Positions 1 through 6,265 of a stretch of 39,189 bases of DNA are shown here, piece by piece. The notes beneath the pieces are model-generated. The model did not search any database. It was given only the letters and a program-made list of their open reading frames with translations, and was not told the DNA's origin. How positions within the stretch are numbered: the first letter of the stretch is position 1; each line of letters begins with the position of its first letter. This DNA is from Spirochaetota bacterium (GTDB taxonomy: Bacteria; Spirochaetota; Spirochaetia; Treponematales; Breznakiellaceae), in contig JAEWSV010000338.1 of the NCBI GenBank assembly GCA_023398155.1, forward strand, positions 1-39,189, in the 5' to 3' direction. The position numbers and the translations under genes are program-made.

Positions 1-217
1 TCATGGCCTTGGACTTGGCGCACCCCTTCTCGTAGAATTCGCTCACGTACGCCGCGAGCGCGTCCTGCCTGAGGCGCTGGATGGGAAGCCGTTTCAGCGC
101 ATCGAGTTTGCGGGAGACCTCGGCGACTGTAACCGTGCGCGCATTTTGAGAAAATTTCCCACGTGTTTTGAGAATTATCCGTGTTTTAGCGAGTTTTGGT
201 GGGTATTTGCGTGCCAA
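1..217 (-). CDS. Partial ORF running off the left edge; function unknown (weak resemblance to the N-terminal region of tyrosine recombinases)
   Basis: Minus-strand frame is open from a TAG at 251-253 down to base 1. Translation: ...KLAKTRIILKTRGKFSQNARTVTVAEVSRKLDALKRLPIQRLRQDALAAYVSEFYEKGCAKSKAM. There is no ATG, only TTG(217) or GTG(247) without an SD, so the 5' end is uncertain and the upstream part may be non-coding. Confidence 0.3.
   Translation of the reverse strand, partial: MARKYPPKLAKTRIILKTRGKFSQNARTVTVAEVSRKLDALKRLPIQRLRQDALAAYVSEFYEKGCAKSKAM
141..215. repeat. Cluster of T-rich direct repeats at the left phage boundary; candidate transposase end-binding sites
   Basis: GCATTTTGAGAA (141-152), GTGTTTTGAGAA (163-174), GTGTTTTAGCGA (181-192), GTTTTGGTGGG (193-203) and GTATTTGCGTGC (203-214). 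Spacing is about 18-22 bp, directly after the last phage ORF. Confidence 0.35.
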
Positions 218-224
218 AGAGACA

Positions 225-452
225 TCATAAATCTTCCAGGGGAGCACCCCCTACGATCAGATCGCGGGCGGGTAACTCTGGCCAATCTACGGAATCGGGA
301 AAGCCTGGCTGTTGGGGAACGTCGCGCAGTTGCTGCCTATATTCTCTCCACCTGGCACGCTCGTTTGCTGTTAAGGTGGCGTCCGGACTCTGCGTCCAAT
401 CACAGGCCGAAAGGCGGCCATCTCGTTCAGATCGAGCTTCCTGAGATGTCAT
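225..452 (-). CDS. Tail fibre assembly/chaperone-like protein (C-terminal-domain-only, 75 aa)
   Basis: Contains DWTQSPDATLT...RWREYRQQLRDVPQQPGFPDSVDWPELP, the W-x-YR-x-LRDV...GFP..V.WP..P signature of phage tail fibre assembly proteins. Its ATG (452) overlaps the RT stop as ATGA. Confidence 0.5.
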   Translation of the reverse strand: MTSQEARSERDGRLSACDWTQSPDATLTANERARWREYRQQLRDVPQQPGFPDSVDWPELPARDLIVGGAPLEDL

Positions 453-1468
453 TGAGACCCCCCTCTGATTATAATCTTGCCTAGTATTGATTCAACAGAC
501 CTGCGGGATGATGCATGCTTAGCATGGGCCGTGAAGCTCATTATGCTCTCTCGTATCTTTTCCTGCGGAGCCATGGAGGCAACCAATTTTCGAAGCCTGC
601 GCATTGAGCAGCGGAGTATTCGTTTTCTCAGTAGTATATGGGTTGCCCAGATTCTGAAACCACAAAAGGCAATGCCGTTTCGGCCGTGGAAATAACCAGA
701 TTTAGGGTTTACGGTAAGGGACAAGTTGCTCTTGATGAATCGCTCTAGTTCCGAGGAAAGTGCTCTGATTTCCTTTTTATCATGCGCGATAACGACGAAG
801 TCGTCCATATATCTGACGTAGTATTTAATGCCAAGGCGATCCTTTGCATAATGGTCAAGGATATCGAGATATGCATTCGCCAACAGCTGAGATGTGAGTG
901 ATCCGATCGGGATCCCACAGCCAGGGCTATTTCGATTTGAATCTATGATGCGATCGAGGAGATCCAGTACTCTGAGGTCCTTGATTGTTTTCCTGACTAT
1001 TGCTTTAAGGATGTCGTGACGAACGGACGGGAAATATGATTTTATGTCTCCCTTGTAGACATAATAGGAACCCCATCGACGCTTAGCTTGCCGAGCGAAT
1101 TGTTGAACACGATGAACGGCCAGGATGGTTCCGTGGTGAATACGGCACGCGTGGGAATCGTGGATGAAACGTCGATCAAACAGAGGCTCGACAACCTGCA
1201 CAATTGCGTGGTGCACCACCCTATCTCGGAATGAAGGAGCGGAAATAAGGCGGCGCTTTGGTTCGTTGATCCAGAATTCTCGCAGCGGAAGAGGCTGCCA
1301 TGTCCCCCAAATCAATTCGTTTTGAATCGTGATGAGATTTTCCTCTAGGTTTGAAGCGAACTCAAGAGAAGCCCGTCTGTATCGCTTGCCCTTTGTTGCA
1401 GCCTTGTATGCAGCATACAGGTTTTCAAAATCAATTACCTTGTCCCAGATGTTTGATCTACAACTCAT
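449..1468 (-). CDS. DGR reverse transcriptase (339 aa from the ATG at 1468; alternative ATG at 1567)
   Basis: Motifs IPIGSLTSQLLANAYL and YVRYMDDFVV. N-terminus SNIWDKVIDFENLYAAYKAATKGKR aligns by eye with the start of Bordetella phage BPP-1 Brt. Lies next to TR and avd. Confidence 0.9.
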   Translation of the reverse strand: MSCRSNIWDKVIDFENLYAAYKAATKGKRYRRASLEFASNLEENLITIQNELIWGTWQPLPLREFWINEPKRRLISAPSFRDRVVHHAIVQVVEPLFDRRFIHDSHACRIHHGTILAVHRVQQFARQAKRRWGSYYVYKGDIKSYFPSVRHDILKAIVRKTIKDLRVLDLLDRIIDSNRNSPGCGIPIGSLTSQLLANAYLDILDHYAKDRLGIKYYVRYMDDFVVIAHDKKEIRALSSELERFIKSNLSLTVNPKSGYFHGRNGIAFCGFRIWATHILLRKRILRCSMRRLRKLVASMAPQEKIRESIMSFTAHAKHASSRRSVESILGKIIIRGGSQ

Positions 1469-1732
1469 GGAAAAGGCGCCGCGCGACGGCCAATCGGTAA
1501 GATTCGGACGCGCGCGGCTGTTGATATTTTCCCCTATCGGGGAAGGGATAAGACTCCTTTTCTCCATCGCTCTGTCCGTTCCTCCGTAAAGGAGCGGCTT
1601 CTGGCCTTGGAGTAGAGCCGGGCGAAAGCCGATGTTGCTGTTGACGTTCACACGGCGGTTGTTCAGGTTCAGTGCGGCCACCCCGGCATCAGCGCCGTTG
1701 TTCCAACTGCCGCCACGGATCGGCAAGCGCTC
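1469..1732 (-). ncRNA. DGR template RNA region (TR plus 147-nt spacer upstream of the RT start)
   Basis: TR at 1616-1732 is followed, in the transcription direction, by a 147-nt non-coding spacer before the RT ATG at 1468. BPP-1 has a comparable layout. Confidence 0.6.
1616..1732 (-). repeat. DGR template repeat (TR), 117 bp
   Basis: Identical to 2123-2239 except at 7 positions (1641, 1647, 1648, 1659, 1663, 1699, 1702). All 7 are T on the plus strand, which is A on the coding strand. Confidence 0.92.
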
Positions 1733-1752
1733 CATGTTACAGCCTTACCCCT

Positions 1753-2085
1753 TTAGGCGCTGGACTTGGTCCAGCCGCCTATCATGCGACCAATTTCCGT
1801 GAGCATTCCGCTCAATAGTTCATATTTTTTTATTGGAAGAAATTCCATTTTGAATCCGAGCCGAACGAGTATCTTTAATCGAGCGAGTTCGATGTCTGCA
1901 CGCTCTATCCACTTCCATTTGTCGCGCACAACATTCGCTCGAGCCAGGGACGCACCAACGTCAATGGACGCGCGTATCGTCTCCGCGGCGAGGGTGAATC
2001 GCTCGCTCTTGGGATATGATCGTAGCGATTCATATAGGTACAACGTCATGTCCTCCCATTTCTGATAGACCCGCATGGTTTCCAT
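1753..2085 (-). CDS. avd: DGR accessory variability determinant (Avd, about 110 aa)
   Basis: Small helical protein between VR and TR. C-terminus LTEIGRMIGGWTKS resembles the BPP-1 Avd end. The longer ORF to 2160 would overlap VR, so the ATG at 2085 (or 2076) is preferred. Confidence 0.8.
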   Translation of the reverse strand: METMRVYQKWEDMTLYLYESLRSYPKSERFTLAAETIRASIDVGASLARANVVRDKWKWIERADIELARLKILVRLGFKMEFLPIKKYELLSGMLTEIGRMIGGWTKSSA

Positions 2086-2113
2086 AATCAGATTCCAGGA
2101 CCCAGGATCCAGA

Positions 2114-5100
2114 TCACATAAAAGCCGGGCGAAAGCCGATGTTGCTGCTGACGAACACACGGCGGGTGTACAGGTTCAGTGCGGCCACCCCGGCATCAGC
2201 GCCGTAGTACCAACTGCCGCCACGGATCGGCAAGCGCTCGCCATAATTTCGTACGTACACGGCTCCTTTAGCCGCGAATGGCAGAGCGGCCGCCCCGTTA
2301 ATCTTATGGGCGATCATCAGCCGCATCATGAGCTGTCTCGTCGCTAGTGGCAGCGCGTCATAGCCTGCGCTCATCGTCACACTGCGGGCGCCGGACTCTC
2401 CGGAGATGTGCGTATAGTCGTAGTCGGGGGCCCCGGACCCTAGGCCGTTGCCGCAATCATCGGAAGGCACGGCCCTCGCTGAGGCCAAGATCGGGGCTCC
2501 GTTTATTGAGGCGACCGTATCCGTGCCGGTGGTTCCGGTCGAATCCAGATACACGCCCGTGGCAACCCATGATCCCTCCGGTTCGTCGTAATTATTGTCG
2601 AAGGTGGACGGAACATAGATTTGTCCATCGACCAGTTTCCATCCGGCCGCCCACTCCCAAACGTTACCAACAAGGTCGGCAACACCGTCGGGAGCATTGT
2701 TATGCCGCCAAGAATTTGGGCCGAGACCAAGCTTCGTCGCACCGTTTCCGCTCGCAACTCCTGGGATCGCTCCGTCGGCACGCTGAGCAGTCTCCCATAA
2801 GGCATCATGCGCTTGGCCCCAGGCCGTATTACCACGGGGCTGAGGGTGGCCTTCTTTGAGGCTCCAAAGGATGAGTCCGGCACGCTCAAGATCCGTGGCC
2901 ATGTGCCACCCGACGATGGTTGTTCCGTTATCCTTATTGGAGCAGGCCGCCTTGGCATTATCATAATTGATCGAAACCCAAGGGAATCTTCCAGGCATTG
3001 AGCAAGCGAGCCCCCCGTCATTGAATGCCTTATAGGCTCCGATGAAATACTCTGACTTTTCGACTCCACCCTTGACGAAGGCAGGGAATACACCAGATCC
3101 AAGGTCTGCGTGTATATCCTGCATCCTGAACTTGGGGACGACGTACATGATTGACGGCTTGCCGTTTTTGTCGTAGATAGCGGTTAGGCGACCGCCAGAG
3201 GATGATTCAACTTGGGATCGGAACTCGTCTTTGAGCTGGATTAGCACACTATGAAAAGGGGGCTTGGATTCATACTGCCTTAATGCAAAATCGTCAGGGA
3301 ATGCTGTAGCTGTTATCACTGCAGTAGAATTTGTTTCATTTGCTGTTGCAACGAATACACCATTACCGTAAGCAAGCGCTGACCAGTTACGCACGGCTGG
3401 CAAGGATTGCTGTGTCCAATCTATCCCATCTCGTGATGTGACTGCGTCGGCTGTTCCAAGGCTTAGTGCTACAAACAGGCCATTCCCATGGGCAACAGCC
3501 TCCCAAGACCCGGAGATTGGAATGGTTCTTTGCGTCCAGTCGATTCCATCTGGAGATGTCGCCGCGATTTCGGTCCCTGCCTTCATGATGACGAAGAGAC
3601 CATTTCCAAAGGCGATTGCATGCCATTGCCCTGAAGAAGGGAGATTTCGTTGCGTCCAAGCCTCTCCGTCCGGAGAAGTCAACGCGACAGCCCCATTATG
3701 TGGAGTAATGACAAATTTGCCGTTGCCAAAAGCGATAGCTGACAGGTATCCCACGGCAGGGAGATCCCGCTGTGTCCATGCCACTCCATTCGGAGAAGTA
3801 AAGGCACGACCATCACTGAAAGTTATTACAACGAATAGCCCATTCCCATAAGCAATGTCCCACCATACTCCTCCAGTGGGGAAAACTTGCTGTGTCCAGT
3901 TTTCTGCATCAGGAGATGTAACAATACCAGTTGGACCGTCACCAACCGCAACAAATATACCGTTTCCAAAGGCTATCCCATACCAAGCACCTGAGATTGG
4001 AATGGTTCTTTGCGTCCACACCTCTCCATCTGGGGAAGTCGCAATGACATTTGTACCGGCGAGCAAGGCTACATACATACCGTTTCCGTAAGCGATTGCT
4101 CGCCAGTATCCCGAAACGGGAAGCGTTCGCTGCAGCGCTTTCCAAACCAGCTCCGGTATCGTCCCTTCGCCGCCACCGCCTCCTCCCTCGGCCACCACGG
4201 CTTTGACGAACGCGGTCGTGGCGACCTGAGTGTTGTCCGATGCCGTGGCCGGAGTGGGGGCGGTCGGGGTGCCCGTAAAGGCGGGGCTCGCGAGGGGCGC
4301 GGCGGCCAGTGTTGTACGGGCGGCCGCCGCGTCGGCTGCGGCGAGGAGCGTCCGAGCGAACGCGGTCAGGTCGGTGGTGGAGAACGTGTCGGACCCAGTG
4401 GAGTAGATGAGCTTGTTGGCCGCGGTCGCGAGGGAAGCCAGGGCGGTAAGCGTCGCGTCCAGCGGTTGCTTCCCGCTGAGGGCCGTGGTGATGGTGGTTG
4501 CAAAGTTGGGGTCGTTACCCAACGCCGTGGCCAGTTCATTCAGGGTATCGAGCGTCGCCGGAGAGGAATTCACAAGGGCTGCCACCACGGCTTTGACGAA
4601 CGCCGTCGTCGCGACTTGGGTACTATCCGTGGCAGTTGCCGGCGTCGGGGCCGTCGGGGTGCCCGTAAAGGCGGGGCTCGCAAGAGGGGCCGCGGCGAGC
4701 GTCGTGCGGGCGGCCGCCGCATCGGCCGCGGCGAGGAGCGTCCGGGCGAAGGCGGTAAGGTCGGTGGTGGAGAACGTGTCGGACCCGGTGGCGTAGATGA
4801 GCTTGTTGGCCGCGGTCGCGAGGGCGGCAAGGGCGGTCAAGGTCGCGTCCAGCGGCTGCTTACCGCCGAGGGCCGTGGTGATCGTGGTGGCGAAGTTTGG
4901 GTCGTTGCCCAGCGCGGTGGCCAGTTCGTTCAGGGTGTCGAGCGTCGCCGGCGAGGAATTCACGAGAGCCGCGACCACGGCCTTGACGAACGCCGTCGTG
5001 GCGATCTGCGTGCTGTCGGTGGCCGTGGCCGGCGTCGGGGCGGTCGGGGTGCCTGTTAAGGCAGGGCTCGCGAGGGGGGCGGCGGCGAGCGTCGTGCGGG

Positions 5101-6265
5101 CGGCCGCCGCATCGGCCGCGGCGAGCAGCGTCCGGGCGAACGCGGTCAAATCGGTGGTGGAGAACGTGTCGGACCCGGTGGCGTAGATGAGCTTGTTGGC
5201 CGCGGTCGCGAGGGCGGCCAGGGCGGTCAGAGTCGCGTCCAGCGGCTGCTTATTGCCGAGGGCGGTAGCCATCGTGGTGGCGAAGTTGGGATCATCACCC
5301 AGCGCCGCGGCAAGCTCGTTGAGCGTATCGAGCGTCGTCGGAGCGGAATCGACGAGCGCGGCAACCACGGCCTTGACGAACGCCGTCGTCGCGATCTGGG
5401 TGGTGTTGGTTGCCGTCGCCGCGGTGGGCGCGGTTGGGACTCCCGTAAGCGCGGGGCTATTGAGAGGTGCCTTCGTGGCGTCGACGTCTTCTCGAGTCGT
5501 AGCTTCTGCCTGAAGGTCGGTCAGGCGGACGATGTGATTCGGGTCCGTGGGGACGCCAACCTTCGCCTGAGCGCCGAGGTCGCGGCACATGATCATCTCA
5601 GGATCGGCATCAGGGGTGGATCCATGGACCTCCTCCCCCTCGGCTGAGGCATGCACGTCTATGGCGTCGGTCCGATCTTGTATTTCTTGAGAAATAGCCG
5701 AGGCGAGGGCGTTGTCTCCGGCGGTTCGTGCGGACGCTTCCCCTTGCAGGTCGGTCAACCGGATGATGTGATTGGGGTCCGTGGGGACTCCCACCTTTGC
5801 CTGCGCCCCTGAATCGCGGGTCATGATCTGGCCGGCGACAGCCGCCGTCGTGGCTCCGTGAGCATTGCTACCCGTGGCGATCTTGTGCGCATCCAATTCT
5901 TCAAGGGCGGTGTCGACCTCTTCCCGCACCACGTTGTACAGCTCGGCGGCCAGGAGATCCCCGTACACATGGTAGTCCGCGTAAACGGCGGCATGCGGAG
6001 TGAGGAAGATTAGGGACCGGTAACAGGGGAATCCGGATAAATCCGACCCGATGGTATCCTGCTTGAAAAGGACATAGTCCTTGTTCAGCTCCAGGAGAGA
6101 CCCCAACGGATTGGCGGGATTCGTATAGAGGCGAAGGGTGTCGGCATAGAAAATATCATGGACCAAGAAGCACTCTTCGTTTGCGATCGGAGCCGCGATG
6201 AGTTCGCCTTGAATATCGTTTTCGACGAGAAGCCGATCGGGGTCGGTCTGAAGTAGGGTTTTCAT
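2114..6265 (-). CDS. Tail fibre / receptor-binding protein, DGR target (1383 aa)
   Basis: N-terminal fibre region, 130-aa tandem repeats with SPALTGTPTAPT...TQIATTAFV motifs and a Gly linker EGGGGGGEG. Then seven GNGxFVA...TSPDGxxWTQ blades. The C-terminal FGE-sulfatase/C-type-lectin-like domain (VADLVGNVWEW ... RGGSWYYGADAG ... GFRPAFM) contains the VR. Confidence 0.9.
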   Translation of the reverse strand: MKTLLQTDPDRLLVENDIQGELIAAPIANEECFLVHDIFYADTLRLYTNPANPLGSLLELNKDYVLFKQDTIGSDLSGFPCYRSLIFLTPHAAVYADYHVYGDLLAAELYNVVREEVDTALEELDAHKIATGSNAHGATTAAVAGQIMTRDSGAQAKVGVPTDPNHIIRLTDLQGEASARTAGDNALASAISQEIQDRTDAIDVHASAEGEEVHGSTPDADPEMIMCRDLGAQAKVGVPTDPNHIVRLTDLQAEATTREDVDATKAPLNSPALTGVPTAPTAATATNTTQIATTAFVKAVVAALVDSAPTTLDTLNELAAALGDDPNFATTMATALGNKQPLDATLTALAALATAANKLIYATGSDTFSTTDLTAFARTLLAAADAAAARTTLAAAPLASPALTGTPTAPTPATATDSTQIATTAFVKAVVAALVNSSPATLDTLNELATALGNDPNFATTITTALGGKQPLDATLTALAALATAANKLIYATGSDTFSTTDLTAFARTLLAAADAAAARTTLAAAPLASPAFTGTPTAPTPATATDSTQVATTAFVKAVVAALVNSSPATLDTLNELATALGNDPNFATTITTALSGKQPLDATLTALASLATAANKLIYSTGSDTFSTTDLTAFARTLLAAADAAAARTTLAAAPLASPAFTGTPTAPTPATASDNTQVATTAFVKAVVAEGGGGGGEGTIPELVWKALQRTLPVSGYWRAIAYGNGMYVALLAGTNVIATSPDGEVWTQRTIPISGAWYGIAFGNGIFVAVGDGPTGIVTSPDAENWTQQVFPTGGVWWDIAYGNGLFVVITFSDGRAFTSPNGVAWTQRDLPAVGYLSAIAFGNGKFVITPHNGAVALTSPDGEAWTQRNLPSSGQWHAIAFGNGLFVIMKAGTEIAATSPDGIDWTQRTIPISGSWEAVAHGNGLFVALSLGTADAVTSRDGIDWTQQSLPAVRNWSALAYGNGVFVATANETNSTAVITATAFPDDFALRQYESKPPFHSVLIQLKDEFRSQVESSSGGRLTAIYDKNGKPSIMYVVPKFRMQDIHADLGSGVFPAFVKGGVEKSEYFIGAYKAFNDGGLACSMPGRFPWVSINYDNAKAACSNKDNGTTIVGWHMATDLERAGLILWSLKEGHPQPRGNTAWGQAHDALWETAQRADGAIPGVASGNGATKLGLGPNSWRHNNAPDGVADLVGNVWEWAAGWKLVDGQIYVPSTFDNNYDEPEGSWVATGVYLDSTGTTGTDTVASINGAPILASARAVPSDDCGNGLGSGAPDYDYTHISGESGARSVTMSAGYDALPLATRQLMMRLMIAHKINGAAALPFAAKGAVYVRNYGERLPIRGGSWYYGADAGVAALNLYTRRVFVSSNIGFRPAFM
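2123..2239 (-). repeat. DGR variable repeat (VR), last 39 codons of the fibre gene
   Basis: 117 bp matching TR. The 7 differences are at 2148, 2154, 2155, 2166, 2170, 2206 and 2209. TR-encoded N residues become Y, Y, Y, T, F and S in VR. Confidence 0.92.
3300..4150 (-). repeat. Seven tandem ~46-aa (~138-bp) coding repeats, beta-propeller-like (Asp-box-like TSPDGxxWTQ)
   Basis: Seven copies of W..IA[YF]GNG.FVA....G.....TSPDG..WTQ, each with one GNG motif. This stretch is visibly more AT-rich than the neighbouring fibre sequence. Confidence 0.7.
4191..5465 (-). repeat. 390-bp (130-aa) tandem coding repeats, 3 full units plus a partial fourth
   Basis: Antisense ORFs 4407-4796, 4797-5186 and 5187-5513 all begin MSLLAAVA with an exact 390-bp period. 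The sense repeat is SPA[LF]TG.PTAPT.ATA..TQ.ATTAFVKAVVAALV...LDTLNELA.ALG.DPNFATT... Confidence 0.9.
5513..5830 (-). repeat. Two imperfect ~85-bp direct repeats (5513-5596 and 5746-5830) in the fibre N-terminal region
   Basis: They encode IMCRDLGAQAKVGVPTDPNHIVRLTDLQ and IMTRDSGAQAKVGVPTDPNHIIRLTDLQ. Confidence 0.75.

Noticed and set aside
449-1468. RT as a retron, group II intron or Abi-type defence RT
   Set aside because: The adjacent Avd, the TR/VR pair with A-only mismatches and the SQ-containing motif 4 all point to a DGR. No msr/msd-like inverted repeats or intron domains were seen.
1469-1735. The 428-aa track ORF (449-1735) suggests the RT starts at 1735 with MERLPIRGGSWNNGADAG...
   Set aside because: That N-terminus is the TR read in the same frame as the VR it copies; it mirrors the fibre C-terminus. 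Alignment by eye with BPP-1 Brt puts the RT start at the ATG at 1468 (or 1567). The upstream part is template RNA plus spacer.
2080-2122. Hairpin downstream of VR, as described for the BPP-1 DGR
   Set aside because: Only the short GGATCC palindrome and weak complementarity were seen. No convincing GC-rich stem is present.
2086-2160. Longer Avd ORF starting at 2160 (135 aa)
   Set aside because: It would overlap the fibre stop and the 3' end of VR. The ATG at 2085 gives a typical ~110-aa Avd beginning METMRVYQKWEDM.
4191-5465. Regular 390-bp repeats as a CRISPR array or satellite
   Set aside because: The period is far too long and there are no spacers. The repeats are in frame and encode 130-aa fibre repeats.
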